A stretch of 64,000 nt of DNA from Alphaproteobacteria bacterium (GCA_965200535.1 CBDAUF010000001.1:676436-740435); one strand, 5' to 3'; counted from the stretch's first letter, positions 18,487 to 29,129 are shown. The notes: generated from the sequence alone by a model not told the origin. Program-made: numbers and translations.

Positions 18487-19995
18487 TCAGTCGCAGAGAT
18501 AACCCCATTTCTCGCGCGACTCCCTGGCGAGTTCGGGCGGCGGCGCGTTGACCGGCGGGAACTCGTCCTTCCAGTGGAACGGGCGGCAGGCGTCGATGAT
18601 CGCCCGGCTGTTGGTGAGGTTGCCCTTCTCCTTTTCCCACGGCGGGATCCGGGGATCGAGGTGGGTCGACCAGGCGTTGGGGATGATGTCGATCGATTCG
18701 GCGGGATCCGACCGGGTGAGCATCGCCCAGATCAGCTCCTCGAGGTTGGAAACGTCGATATCCTCGTCGGTCACGATGACGTACTTGCCGGCATAGGCGC
18801 CGACGTGGCACTGGCAGGCGATATGGCCGGCCTGCCGAGCGTGGCCGGGATAGCGCTGCTTGATCGAGACCGCCACCAGCATGCGCGCCGTGCCGACCTC
18901 GTGCAGCCAGGCCGCCTGCACGTCGGGGACACCGGCCTTCTTGATGTTCTCCTTGAGAAGGGCCGACCGGGTCACCGCGCGGTAGCGGGCGAGCTCGTCG
19001 GGCGGCCGCTGGGGCGGGCAACCGAGCAGGATGGGGTTGTTCCGGTAATAGATCGCCTTGATGTCCATCACCGGCTCCTGGCGCATCCTGGAGCCGTAAT
19101 ACCCGGTCCATTCGCCGAACGGACCCTCCTCCTTCCGGTTCTCCGGATGGACGAAGCCTTCGAGCACGATCTCGGCATTGGCCGGGAACGGCAGGCCGGT
19201 ATGCCGGCCGCGGATCATCTTCATGGCCTCGCCGCGGAAACCGCCCACGACATCGAATTCGCAAACCCCCGGCGGCACCTCGCTGCACCCCATCAGGAAG
19301 GTCATCGGATCGCCGCCGCAGACGATGACGGCCGGCATCGGCTCGCCCCGCTGCTGGTACTTGTCGCGGTGGATGCGGCCGTGCTTGCCGGGCGAGATGT
19401 AGAACCCGACCGACGTCTTGTCATGGATCATCACCCGGTAGGTGCCGATGTTGATCCAGCCGGTATCGGGGTCGGCGGTGACGTTGTAGCTGCCCGTGCC
19501 GATATAGCGCCCGCCGTCCTCGTCATGCCACATCGGGGTGGGAAAGACCTCGACGTCGACGTCGTCGCCTTCCATGACGTTCTCGGTGACCGGACCGGAC
19601 TCGACGAACTCGTGCGGGATCGTTTGCAGATCCTCCATGTAGTTGCGGCGAAACGCGTCGGTCAGTTCGATCTTCGACAGTTCGGCCGGGAAGCCGAGCG
19701 TCATGTTCATGCGCCGGGATGCAAAGAAGTTGGTCAGCACCCGGGAGCCCTTCAGGGTACCGGGCACGTCCTCGAACACGACGCAGGGGGCCTTGTCGTC
19801 GTGCAGGACGACCTCGGAGGCCATGCCGATGTCGCGTTCCCAGTTGGCCCCTTCGACATGTCGGACCTCGCCCAGCTTCTCGGCTTCCTCGAGCCATTCG
19901 CGCAGGTCGGCGTAGGGTATCCGCAACTCGTTCTCGAGCCGCGCTGCGGCGCCCTCGGCGATCTTGCCAATCGCGTTGCCCATATCGTCGGCCAT
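18487..19995 (-). CDS. UbiD family prFMN-dependent (de)carboxylase, paralogue 1
   Basis: DGGRYIG, NIGTYR, EIVLEG, EGPFGEWTGYY, TDEDID, WAMLTR. Confidence 0.92.
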   Translation of the reverse strand: MADDMGNAIGKIAEGAAARLENELRIPYADLREWLEEAEKLGEVRHVEGANWERDIGMASEVVLHDDKAPCVVFEDVPGTLKGSRVLTNFFASRRMNMTLGFPAELSKIELTDAFRRNYMEDLQTIPHEFVESGPVTENVMEGDDVDVEVFPTPMWHDEDGGRYIGTGSYNVTADPDTGWINIGTYRVMIHDKTSVGFYISPGKHGRIHRDKYQQRGEPMPAVIVCGGDPMTFLMGCSEVPPGVCEFDVVGGFRGEAMKMIRGRHTGLPFPANAEIVLEGFVHPENRKEEGPFGEWTGYYGSRMRQEPVMDIKAIYYRNNPILLGCPPQRPPDELARYRAVTRSALLKENIKKAGVPDVQAAWLHEVGTARMLVAVSIKQRYPGHARQAGHIACQCHVGAYAGKYVIVTDEDIDVSNLEELIWAMLTRSDPAESIDIIPNAWSTHLDPRIPPWEKEKGNLTNSRAIIDACRPFHWKDEFPPVNAPPPELARESREKWGYLCD

Positions 19996-20144
19996 GCCGT
20001 CTCTCCCGGTCGGTATCGCTTCGTTTCCCAGAACGTATCCGCATTACTGGACCGCCACCAATACAATTGCAACATTGGACAGATAAGCCGGCGCGATGCG
20101 ACCGTTCGCTCCGGCTGACAGGAAACAGCGGGAAAGGGCCGTCC

Positions 20145-21023
20145 ATGCTGCCGACCGAACGCATCGCCTACGATCCCATTGCCGGACGGGAGCCGCTTGT
20201 CCTGCCGGACGGCGCGCGCATGGCGGTCTGGGTCATCGTCAATGTTGAGGAATGGGATCCCGAGGCGCCGATGCCGAGGACCGTCCTCACCCCGCCGGCG
20301 GGCGGCTCGCCGAGCCCGGACATCCCCAACTGGGCCTGGCACGAATACGGCAACCGGGTGGGGTTCTGGCGTTTCGTCGAGGCGTTCGACGAGTTCTCGA
20401 TCACCGCGGCGCTGGCGATCAACGGTACGGCGGTCGCCGCCTATCCGCAGATCGCGGAAGCGGCGCATACGCGCGGCTGGGAATTCATCGGCCACGGCTT
20501 CACCCAGCGCAACATGCAGAAGGTGGAGGACGAACGCCTCGACATCCGGCGCACCGCGGACGCGATCCGCGCCTGCACCGGGCGAACGCCGCGCGGCTGG
20601 CTCGGACCCGGCCTGACCGAGACCTGGGAGACGCCGGACATCCTCGTCGAGGAAGGCTACGAATACGTCGCCGACTGGGTGCTCGACGACCAACCGGTGG
20701 CGCTCCGCACCCGTTCCGGTCCGCTCGTCAACATCCCGTACACCCAGGAATGCAACGACGTTGCCATGATGTTGATCCAGCATCACCCGGCGCGCGAGTA
20801 CCGGGACCGGGCGCTGGATCAGTTCGAACAGATCTACCGCGACTCCGAGCGCTCGGCGCGGATAATGGCGCTCTCCGTCCACCCCTACATCATGGGCGTG
20901 CCGCACAGGTTCCGCTATTTCCGCGAAACGCTGCAGGCGATCTCGGCGCACAGCGACGTGGTTTTCCTGACCGGCGAGCAGATCCTCGACTGGTACCGCG
21001 GACAGCGGCGCGGCGGCGGCTGA
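20145..21023 (+). CDS. Polysaccharide deacetylase-fold (PuuE-like) amidohydrolase
   Basis: VNVEEW, HEYGNRVGFWR, GHG, GWLGPG, SVHPYIMG. Confidence 0.85.
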   Translation: MLPTERIAYDPIAGREPLVLPDGARMAVWVIVNVEEWDPEAPMPRTVLTPPAGGSPSPDIPNWAWHEYGNRVGFWRFVEAFDEFSITAALAINGTAVAAYPQIAEAAHTRGWEFIGHGFTQRNMQKVEDERLDIRRTADAIRACTGRTPRGWLGPGLTETWETPDILVEEGYEYVADWVLDDQPVALRTRSGPLVNIPYTQECNDVAMMLIQHHPAREYRDRALDQFEQIYRDSERSARIMALSVHPYIMGVPHRFRYFRETLQAISAHSDVVFLTGEQILDWYRGQRRGGG

Positions 21024-21043
21024 ACGGGCGGCGGAGAGTCCCG

Positions 21044-22183
21044 ATGGCGGATGACAAGGCGCTCGACGAAGCCCTCGACGCGATGGCAGGCCGCATTCGG
21101 GCGACCGCGGCGGCCGGCCTGGCGGGCTTCCCCCACTACGCCGACGCCGGCACCGGCGTCTGGACGACGACGGCGGACGGGTTCTGGACCGGCGGCTACT
21201 GGAACGCGATGCTCTGGCTGGGCGGCGCCGTGTTCGCGGATCCGGATCTCGTTGCCGAGGCGCGGCGCTGGACCGAACGGCTCCGGCCCCGCACCGGCTC
21301 GCAGTCGGTGTTTCGCGGGTTCCTGTTCTATTACGGGGCGGCGCTCGGCGACCTGCTGCACGGCGACGCCCGATCCGGCGCGCTGGCGCTGGAAGCCGCG
21401 CATCGGCTGGGCGCGGATTTCGATCCGGTTCTCGGGCTGATCCCGCTCGGCGCCGAGGCCGAGGAAGCGCACACCGTGGGCCCGGCCGAGGCCAACATCG
21501 ATGGCCTGGCAGCCACGCCGCTGCTTCTGTTCGCGGCCGAGCGGACAGGCGACGAACGGCTGCGCGAGATCGCGCTGCGCCACACCCTCAGGAGCGCCGC
21601 GCTTTGCGTCCGCGGCGACGGTTCCGTCGTGCAGTCGGTCAGCCTCGACCCCGGGACCGGCGAACTCCTCCGCTCCTACACCCACAAGGGTATCTCGGAT
21701 GAGTCGACATGGACCCGGGCGCAGGCGTGGGCAATGCAGTTCCTCGCCCACGCCCGGAGGCACATGCCGGGGGAAGCGGTGCTGGCGGCGGCGGCCGCCC
21801 GGGCCGCCGACTGGTGGATCGACAACGTACCGGCGGACCGCATCGCCTACTGGGACTTCGACGCTCCGGTCGGCCACGACACGCGCAAGGACACGTCCGG
21901 CACCGCGATCGCCGCGACGGCGCTGCTGAAACTCTCGGCCGTCGTCGAAGACCCCGCGGCCGGCCGCTACCGGGCGTTCGCCGAGGAGACCTTGCGCACG
22001 CTCGCCGCCTGCCATCTGACGCCGGTCGCGCCGCGCGACCGGCGCCCGCCCGGTATCCTCACCAACGGTTGCTTCGATCACCGCGAGGGGACCGCGCTCG
22101 CCAACGAACTGATCTGGGGCAGCTACTACCTGCTGGAAGGGCTTGCGATGCTTTCCGGACGGCTGGAGATCGGCCGAATCTAG
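21044..22183 (+). CDS. Glycoside hydrolase family 88-like protein (divergent)
   Basis: WTGGYW, NIDGL, STWTRAQAW, YWDF, DTSGTAI, IWGSYY. Confidence 0.75.
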   Translation: MADDKALDEALDAMAGRIRATAAAGLAGFPHYADAGTGVWTTTADGFWTGGYWNAMLWLGGAVFADPDLVAEARRWTERLRPRTGSQSVFRGFLFYYGAALGDLLHGDARSGALALEAAHRLGADFDPVLGLIPLGAEAEEAHTVGPAEANIDGLAATPLLLFAAERTGDERLREIALRHTLRSAALCVRGDGSVVQSVSLDPGTGELLRSYTHKGISDESTWTRAQAWAMQFLAHARRHMPGEAVLAAAAARAADWWIDNVPADRIAYWDFDAPVGHDTRKDTSGTAIAATALLKLSAVVEDPAAGRYRAFAEETLRTLAACHLTPVAPRDRRPPGILTNGCFDHREGTALANELIWGSYYLLEGLAMLSGRLEIGRI

Positions 22184-22270
22184 GTCCTCCACCGTCCGCA
22201 CCGCGTTGTCCGGCGCCGGCACGGCCTGTATGACTTTCATCGCGGTGCCGACGGCGGGAAGGGACGGGAA

Positions 22271-23257
22271 ATGAAGCTCGCAACGCTCAAGGGCGGGCGC
22301 GACGGACGCCTCGCGGTGGTGAGCGACGATCTGGCCCGGGCGGCGGACGCCGCCTACGTCGCGGGCACGATGCAGGCCGCCATCGACGACTGGCAGACCG
22401 CCGCCCCGGCGCTCGAAGCGCTTGCCGCCAGAGTCAATGCCGGCGAGTGCGAAACAGTCCCCTTCGAGCCGTCGGATTGCGCCGCCATCCTGCCGCGCGC
22501 CTACCAGTGGGTGGATGGCAGCGCCTATCTCAGTCATGTCGCGCTGGTTCGCCAGGCGCGCGGCGCCGAGATGCCGGAGAATCTCTACCGGGATCCGCTG
22601 ATGTACCAGGGGGCCTCGGACTCCATGATCGGGCCGGCCGACGACATCGCGCTTGCCGACGAGGCCTGGGGCATCGACATGGAGGCCGAAGTCTTCGTCA
22701 TCCTCGACGATGTCCCGATGGGGGTGACGGTGGCGGCCGCGCGCGGCCATATCAAGCTGGTCGGGATCCTCAACGATGTCAGCCTGCGCAACCTCATCCC
22801 GGCCGAACTGGGCAAGGGATTCGGTTTCCTGCAGGGCAAGCCGACGACCGCGTTCTCGCCGGTCGTGGCGACGCCCGAATCGCTCGGCGCCGCGTGGGAC
22901 GGCACCAAGATGACGCTCGACATGGAGGTCTCGCTCAACGGCGCCCCGATCGGCCGGCCGAACGCCGGCACCGACCTGTACTTCGACATCCCGACCCTGA
23001 TCGCCCATGCCGCGAAGAACCGGCGTCTCGCCGCCGGGACGATCCTCGGGACCGGCACCATTTCCAACCACGACCGCAGCGCGGGATCGGCCTGTCTTGC
23101 CGAGGTGCGGACCATCGAGACCATCGAGAACGGCGCGCCGAAGACGCCGTTCATGCGGTTCGGCGACCGCGTCCGCATCGACATGCGCGATGCGGACGGA
23201 AGCTCGCTGTTCGGCGCGATCGACCAGCGGGTGGTCAGGTACGACGCAGAGGCGTGA
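22271..23257 (+). CDS. Fumarylacetoacetate hydrolase family protein
   Basis: PRAYQWVDGSAY, MYQG, DMEAE, NDVSLRN, GFLQGKP; intact ligands. Confidence 0.9.
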   Translation: MKLATLKGGRDGRLAVVSDDLARAADAAYVAGTMQAAIDDWQTAAPALEALAARVNAGECETVPFEPSDCAAILPRAYQWVDGSAYLSHVALVRQARGAEMPENLYRDPLMYQGASDSMIGPADDIALADEAWGIDMEAEVFVILDDVPMGVTVAAARGHIKLVGILNDVSLRNLIPAELGKGFGFLQGKPTTAFSPVVATPESLGAAWDGTKMTLDMEVSLNGAPIGRPNAGTDLYFDIPTLIAHAAKNRRLAAGTILGTGTISNHDRSAGSACLAEVRTIETIENGAPKTPFMRFGDRVRIDMRDADGSSLFGAIDQRVVRYDAEA

Positions 23258-23286
23258 TCGAAAACGAGCGGCCCCTCGCGCCGCCG

Positions 23287-24240
23287 CTACGCATTGGCGC
23301 CCAGCGCGGTACGCATTTCCTCCGCATAGGCGGCAAAGCCGGATTCGAGTGTGTATTCCGGCTCCCACCCGAGGACATCGCGCGCGCGGCCGATATCCAT
23401 GTGATCGGTGCGCGAGACCGGCGGCGTTCCCGGAACGATCTCGACTTCAAGGTTGGGCAGGGATGCGCGCACGGCGGCGATGAGTTCGTCGAACGAGGTC
23501 ACGGCACCGATACCGATATTGAAAACGTTGTAGCGCGGAAGCTCGCGCGTCGCGCACAGGTCGAGTGCGCGACCGATATCCTTCCAATAGATGTATTCGA
23601 ACGACATGGTCTGTTCTTCCGGAATCCGCGCCGGGACTCCGCGAATCCCGCTCTCGACCAGGGCATGGCATTTTTCGCCGCCGCCGGAGCCGCCCCAGAA
23701 ATGGCCCATGCCGAAGACGTTGGCGGGGCGCAGGATCGCCACCTCGAACCCGTACTGGGCGGAATAGGCCTCGAGGATCAGCTCCTGCGCCGCCTTGGTA
23801 TTGCTGTAGGCGTTGCCGCTGCCCAGCGGGAAGTCCTCCGTCATCGTGCCGCCGGCGGCCGGGCGGCGCCAGTCGTAGGAGCCGAAGGTGGAGATGTGAA
23901 GCAGCCGCCTGACGCCGGCGAGACGCACCGCCTCGCAGACCGTAATGGCGCCGTTGATGTTGATATCCATGCCGAGATGGAGAGGGTCGCCCGCGCGCCG
24001 GCCGATCAGCCCGGTGGTGTGCAGCACCGTATCCGCGCCTGCGTTCTCGATGGCGGCCAGCACGCCGGGCAGATGGCGCGCATCCTCATGGATCAGGGTG
24101 TAACTGCCCGCCCCGAGCCGCCGGTCGAGATAGTCTTCGCGCGGGAACGGATCGAGGAACACCACCTCCTCGCCGCGCGCCAGAGCACAGATCGCGTAGC
24201 TGGTACCGACCAGCCCCGCGCCGGTTATCAATGTCGTCAT
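23287..24240 (-). CDS. NAD-dependent epimerase/dehydratase (extended SDR)
   Basis: TGAGLVG, YSNTK YxxxK, LRPANVFG. Confidence 0.87.
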   Translation of the reverse strand: MTTLITGAGLVGTSYAICALARGEEVVFLDPFPREDYLDRRLGAGSYTLIHEDARHLPGVLAAIENAGADTVLHTTGLIGRRAGDPLHLGMDININGAITVCEAVRLAGVRRLLHISTFGSYDWRRPAAGGTMTEDFPLGSGNAYSNTKAAQELILEAYSAQYGFEVAILRPANVFGMGHFWGGSGGGEKCHALVESGIRGVPARIPEEQTMSFEYIYWKDIGRALDLCATRELPRYNVFNIGIGAVTSFDELIAAVRASLPNLEVEIVPGTPPVSRTDHMDIGRARDVLGWEPEYTLESGFAAYAEEMRTALGANA

Positions 24241-24281
24241 CCAGTCCCCCTTTCAGGCCGCCGGGCGAATGCCCGGCCGCT

Positions 24282-24617
24282 TCAGCGGTCGATCTCGCGC
24301 CAGCCGAACGGGCCCGCGCGCCGATAGCGCCAAGGATATTGCGCGACCATCCTGGCCGCCCGGGTTGCACGGTAGGCGATGAGGCTCAATACGAGAATCA
24401 CCCCGGTGTCGATCAGATAGCCGCCGGCCGACAGGAGTGCGCCGTCGAACAGCGCGTAGACCAGGAAGCGGTCGGCGCACCCCAGCAGCCCGCAATAGAG
24501 GAAAACCTGCCAGACCGGCCGCCAAGTCCGGGCGAGCGCCTGGCCGGTGAGAAAGCCCGCGCCCCCCATCAGGATCACGGTGAGGCACAGGAAGACGGCG
24601 ACCGGCGCCCCGTTCAC
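24282..24617 (-). CDS. DUF6867-like membrane protein
   Basis: LTGQALARTWRP, RFLVYALF, MVAQYPW; follows livF. Confidence 0.7.
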   Translation of the reverse strand: MNGAPVAVFLCLTVILMGGAGFLTGQALARTWRPVWQVFLYCGLLGCADRFLVYALFDGALLSAGGYLIDTGVILVLSLIAYRATRAARMVAQYPWRYRRAGPFGWREIDR

Positions 24618-25354
24618 GGCGCCGTCTCCGCCGTCCGCCCGCCCTCGAGATAGGCAGCGCGGACCTCCGGATTCTCGAGCAGCGCGGCGCCGGTCCCGGT
24701 CAGGGTGATCTCGCCGTTGACCATCACGTAGCCCCGATGGGCGAGGCGCAGGGCGTGGTAAGCGTTCTGCTCGACCAGCAACACGGTCATCCCGTCCGTC
24801 TCGTTGATCTCCCCGATCACCTCGAAGATCTGTTTGACGATCATCGGCGCGAGGCCGAGAGACGGCTCGTCGAGGAGCAGGAGCTTCGGGCGGCCCATCA
24901 GCGCGCGGCCGATGGCGAGCATCTGCTGTTCGCCGCCCGACAGGGTGCCGCCCTTCTGGTCACGGCGCTCCTCGAGGATGGGGAACAGGGAGAACACGCG
25001 GCGTGCGTCCTCGTCGAACCTCTCCGGATCGGCGGTCACCGCGCCGACCTGCAGATTCTCCAGCACGGTCATGCGCGGGAAGATGCGCCGCCCCTCGGGC
25101 GCGTGAGCGATGCCGAGGCGGACGATCTGGTGGGTTGCCAGCCGGCTGATGGGGACGCCGTCGTAGCGGATTTCCCCTGCGTGGGCGCGCGGATTGCCGC
25201 AGATCGTCATCAGCAGCGTCGACTTGCCCGCGCCGTTGGCGCCGATCAGCGCAACGATGCCGCCTTCCGGCACCTCGATGCTGACCCCGCGCAGCGCGCG
25301 GATGTTGCCGTACGAGGCATGCACCGCCTCGACCGCGAGCATCGGCTCAGACAC
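24614..25354 (-). CDS. livF: Branched-chain amino acid ABC transporter ATPase
   Basis: GANGAGKS, LSGGEQQM, LLDEPSLGL. Confidence 0.93.
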   Translation of the reverse strand: MSEPMLAVEAVHASYGNIRALRGVSIEVPEGGIVALIGANGAGKSTLLMTICGNPRAHAGEIRYDGVPISRLATHQIVRLGIAHAPEGRRIFPRMTVLENLQVGAVTADPERFDEDARRVFSLFPILEERRDQKGGTLSGGEQQMLAIGRALMGRPKLLLLDEPSLGLAPMIVKQIFEVIGEINETDGMTVLLVEQNAYHALRLAHRGYVMVNGEITLTGTGAALLENPEVRAAYLEGGRTAETAP

Positions 25355-26147
25355 CTGCCGCCTCTTCCTCGCCGAGATAGGCGCGGATCACCGCCGGGTC
25401 GTTGCGCACCGCGTCCGGCGGCCCCTCGGAAATCTTTCGCCCGTGGTCGAGGACCACGACGTGATCGGAGATCTCCATCACCACGCTCATGTCGTGCTCG
25501 ATCAGCAGGATGCCGATCCGGTGTTCCTCCCTGATAAAGGCCAGCAGTGCATTGAGTTCCGCCGATTCGCGCGGGTTGAGGCCGGCGGCCGGCTCGTCCA
25601 GGCAGAGCAGCACCGGTTCGGTGCACATCGCGCGGGCGATCTCGAGCCGGCGCTGCCCGCCGTAGGGCAGCCCCCCGGCGTCGATATCGGCCCGGTCGGC
25701 GAGTCCGACGCGGTCGAGCCAGTAGGTCGCGCGCTCGACTGCCGCGTGTTCGGCGGCGCGGAAACGCCGTGCGCCGACCAGCCCGAGAAGCGTGTAACCG
25801 GATGCGCGCATCAGCCGGTTGTGCTGGGCGACCATCAGGTTTTCCAGCACCGACATCTGCGGGAAGATACGGATGTTCTGGAATGTCCGCGCCACCCGAG
25901 CCTCGCGGGCGACCCGGTAGTCGTCGAGCCGCTCAAGCAGGTGTTCGAGCCCGTCGGCGCGGAGCACCAGCCGGCCGACAGTGGGCTTGTAGAACCCGGT
26001 AAGGCAGTTGAAGACGGTGGTCTTGCCGGCTCCGTTGGGACCGATCAGGGCGGTGATCCGCCCTTCCTCGGCCGCGAACCCGACATCGTCGACCGCGACC
26101 AGCCCGCCGAAGCGCATGGTCAGGTGCTCGACCGTCAGCAGGCTCAC
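25347..26147 (-). CDS. livG: Branched-chain amino acid ABC transporter ATPase
   Basis: [32 protein letters not shown]. Confidence 0.93.
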   Translation of the reverse strand: MSLLTVEHLTMRFGGLVAVDDVGFAAEEGRITALIGPNGAGKTTVFNCLTGFYKPTVGRLVLRADGLEHLLERLDDYRVAREARVARTFQNIRIFPQMSVLENLMVAQHNRLMRASGYTLLGLVGARRFRAAEHAAVERATYWLDRVGLADRADIDAGGLPYGGQRRLEIARAMCTEPVLLCLDEPAAGLNPRESAELNALLAFIREEHRIGILLIEHDMSVVMEISDHVVVLDHGRKISEGPPDAVRNDPAVIRAYLGEEEAAGV

Positions 26148-27583
26148 GGCGGCGCCCTCCGGCGGGCGAGGCGGATCGTCGGCTCGCGGTTCGCCAGGAG
26201 GCCGCGCGGGCGCCAGACGGTGATCAGTACCATGCAGACGCCGAAGGCGAGCATTCGGTACTCCTGCAGTTCGCGGAACCATTCGGGCAGTCCGATCAGG
26301 ACGAGCGCGGCCAGGACGACGCCGATCTGGCTCCCCATCCCGCCCAGCACGACGATGGCGAGGATGATCGCAGACTCGATGAAGGTGAAGCTCTCGGGGC
26401 TGACGAAGCCCTGGCGGGTGACGAAGAACGAGCCCGCGAAACCGCCGAACATGGCGCCCAGAGCGAATGCGGTGAGCTTGGTGTTGGTCGGATTGATGCC
26501 GAGCGACCGGCAGGCGATCTCGTCCTCCCGGAGCGCCTCCCAGGCCCGCCCGATCGGCAGCCTGCGGATGCGCAGCGTAAAGGCGTTGGTGATCAGGGCC
26601 AGCGCAAGGACCAGGAAATAAAGGAAGTAGGTCCGGTGCAGCGAGGAGTAGTCGAGCCCGAAGAACTGGTGGAACGACTCGACGCCCTCGGGCGGTGCGC
26701 GGGTGAAGGGCAGCCCGAAGAATGTGGGGCGCGGCACCCCGGAGATGCCGTCCGGCCCGCCCGTGAAGGTGTACCAGTTGAGCAGGATGATGCGAATCAT
26801 CTCGCCGAAGCCGAGGGTGACAATCGCCAGATAGTCGCCGCGAAGCCTGAGCACCGGGAAACCGAGAATGATGCCGAAGAAGGCGGCGAAGGCGCCGGCG
26901 AGCGGCAGGCAGGTCCAGAAATCGAAGCCGAAATACTGCGCCAGCAGGGCGTAGCTGTAGGCGCCCACCGCATAGAACGCGACATAGCCGAGGTCCAGGA
27001 GTCCCGCCAGACCGACCACGATGTTGAGCCCCCAGCCCAGCATCACGTAGGTCAGGACCAGGGTCGCGATATCGATCAGCCGCCGGTCGGCAAAAGGCAT
27101 CAACGGCAACAGGACTGCGGCCACCACCAGCGCCGTACCGAGCCAGCCGAGCGACGGGCGAAACTCGGGGATGCGGCCGACCGCGGCTGCGAACGGGAGA
27201 GTCTGCCGCCGGGCGCGCAGCATGGCGATGGCGCCGATGCCGGCGACGCCGAGTCCGCCGGCGATGGAGACAACGCCGAGGAAGGCGCTCGGCAGGGCGA
27301 ACTGCCAGCCCGCCGCGGCGACCGTGAGCGCACCCGCGACGACGGGCAGGCGGTGCCCCGCGCGCAAGCCTGCGATGGCAAGCCGGCCGACGAAGACGAG
27401 GAGCACGGCGAGGGCCAGTTCCGCGATGCGCGGGGTCACGGCGAAGGCGGAGCCGTGAGAGACGGTCTTCGCGCCGACCAGCGGCAGGGCGAGAAGGAGC
27501 GCCACCCCGGCGGCGATCCCCGCCTCCTTGAGCGCCGTTGGCAGGAAGCCCCGGCCGCGCGCCGCGAGCATGCCGGCGGTCAA
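26144..27583 (-). CDS. livM: Branched-chain amino acid ABC transporter permease
   Basis: [39 protein letters not shown]. Confidence 0.93.
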   Translation of the reverse strand: MTAGMLAARGRGFLPTALKEAGIAAGVALLLALPLVGAKTVSHGSAFAVTPRIAELALAVLLVFVGRLAIAGLRAGHRLPVVAGALTVAAAGWQFALPSAFLGVVSIAGGLGVAGIGAIAMLRARRQTLPFAAAVGRIPEFRPSLGWLGTALVVAAVLLPLMPFADRRLIDIATLVLTYVMLGWGLNIVVGLAGLLDLGYVAFYAVGAYSYALLAQYFGFDFWTCLPLAGAFAAFFGIILGFPVLRLRGDYLAIVTLGFGEMIRIILLNWYTFTGGPDGISGVPRPTFFGLPFTRAPPEGVESFHQFFGLDYSSLHRTYFLYFLVLALALITNAFTLRIRRLPIGRAWEALREDEIACRSLGINPTNTKLTAFALGAMFGGFAGSFFVTRQGFVSPESFTFIESAIILAIVVLGGMGSQIGVVLAALVLIGLPEWFRELQEYRMLAFGVCMVLITVWRPRGLLANREPTIRLARRRAPP

Positions 27584-27586
27584 GCC

Positions 27587-28501
27587 TCAGACCTTCTCGA
27601 TCTCGGGCTGGCCCAACAACCCGGTGGGGCGGAAGATCAGCACCAGGACAAGGATCGAGAACGCCGCGACGTCCTTGTACTCGGTGGAGAAATAGCCGGA
27701 CCAGAACGCCTCGATCAGGCCGATCAACAGGCCGCCCAGCATGGCCCCCGGGATCGAACCGATGCCGCCCAGGACGGCAGCGGTGAACGCCTTGATGCCG
27801 GCGAGAAAGCCGATGAAGAAATCGATCACGCCGTAGTAGAAGACCGCGATGGTCCCGGCAACGGCGGCCAGCGAAGCGCCGATGACGAAGGTGATCGAGA
27901 TCGTCCGGTCGACATCGATGCCCACCAGAGCGGCCATCGTCCGATCCTGTTCGCAGGCGCGCTGCGCGCGGCCGAGCGCGGTCCTTGCGATCACCAGGGA
28001 AAAGCCGGCCATGAGCCCGATCGTCAGCAGCACGATGACGATCTGGATGTAGCTGAGCGACACCACGAAGCCGTCGCGTTCGGCGATCTCGAACGCACCC
28101 GAGATCACCGGCTGTATCGCCTTGTTGCGCGCGCCCTGGGTGAGTTGGACATAGTTCTGGAGGGCGATCGACATGCCGATCGCGGAGATCAGCGCGGCGA
28201 GCCGGGTCGAGCCGCGCAGCGGCCGGTAGGCAAGCCGTTCGAGGGTCCAGCCGTAAACCGCCGTGAGCAGCATGGACACCAGAAGAACCGCAAGCAGCGC
28301 CAGCACGAGATACCCGCCGCCCGACGGTCCCAGGATCAGGAACGAGATCAGCGCGATGAAGGCGCCGATCATGTAGATCTCGCCGTGCGCGAAGTTGATC
28401 ATCCCGATGATGCCGTAGACCAGCGTATAGCCGATGGCGATCAGCCCGTAGACGGCTCCGAGCGTGACGCCGTTGATCAGCTGCTGGAGAAAGTATTCCA
28501 T
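27587..28501 (-). CDS. livH: Branched-chain amino acid ABC transporter permease
   Basis: QQLINGVTLG, MINFAHGE, AAVLGGIGS. Confidence 0.95.
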   Translation of the reverse strand: MEYFLQQLINGVTLGAVYGLIAIGYTLVYGIIGMINFAHGEIYMIGAFIALISFLILGPSGGGYLVLALLAVLLVSMLLTAVYGWTLERLAYRPLRGSTRLAALISAIGMSIALQNYVQLTQGARNKAIQPVISGAFEIAERDGFVVSLSYIQIVIVLLTIGLMAGFSLVIARTALGRAQRACEQDRTMAALVGIDVDRTISITFVIGASLAAVAGTIAVFYYGVIDFFIGFLAGIKAFTAAVLGGIGSIPGAMLGGLLIGLIEAFWSGYFSTEYKDVAAFSILVLVLIFRPTGLLGQPEIEKV

Positions 28502-28612
28502 GTCCGGCCGGCAGCGAAATTAGCAACCGATGGGCGCAGCGCCAACCGGATGCCGGATCGACTCGCCGGGAATACCGCATAGGATCGCCGCAACCTGTGG
28601 GAGGGAGTTGCG

Positions 28613-29065
28613 ATGCCAGGGCCCGACGGGATCCATGTTGTCAGCCGACCCATCCTGTTCGGCGATTGCGACCCGGCGGGAATCGTCTTCTACGCCGCTT
28701 TCTTCCGCATGTTCAACGACCTGTTCGAGAGCTGGATCGTCGATCGGCTCGGCATCGACTTCGCCGGGGAGTTCTTCCGCGAGGACCGGATGTTTCCGCT
28801 GGTTCACTGCGACGTCGACTTTGCGAGACCCCGGCGGATGGGAGACAATCTGGACCTCGCACTGGTCCTCACCGCGCTCGGCCGGTCGTCGATCCGCTAC
28901 ACCGTCGTCGGGTCGGACTCGGGCGAGGAAATCCTTCGGGGCCGCTTCGTCAACTGCGTCGCGTCCAAGAAAACGGGCAGGTCGATCCCGATCCCCGGCT
29001 ACATGCGCGCGCCCATGACTGACTACCTCGCGGTCTGCCGCCGCCCGGGCGGCGCCGGCGGCTGA
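28613..29065 (+). CDS. Acyl-CoA thioesterase (4-HBT/hotdog fold)
   Basis: FGDCDPAGIVFY, LGRSS. Confidence 0.87.
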   Translation: MPGPDGIHVVSRPILFGDCDPAGIVFYAAFFRMFNDLFESWIVDRLGIDFAGEFFREDRMFPLVHCDVDFARPRRMGDNLDLALVLTALGRSSIRYTVVGSDSGEEILRGRFVNCVASKKTGRSIPIPGYMRAPMTDYLAVCRRPGGAGG

Positions 29066-29129
29066 TGACCGCGCCAGCCGCAGCCGCTAGATTGCCTCCA
29101 TCGACCGACATCGTTTCCCGGAGACTGGG

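Noticed and set aside
25347-28580. 1077-aa apparent LivG fusion
   Set aside because: Open-frame extension through livH/livM in another frame; real LivG starts at 26147.
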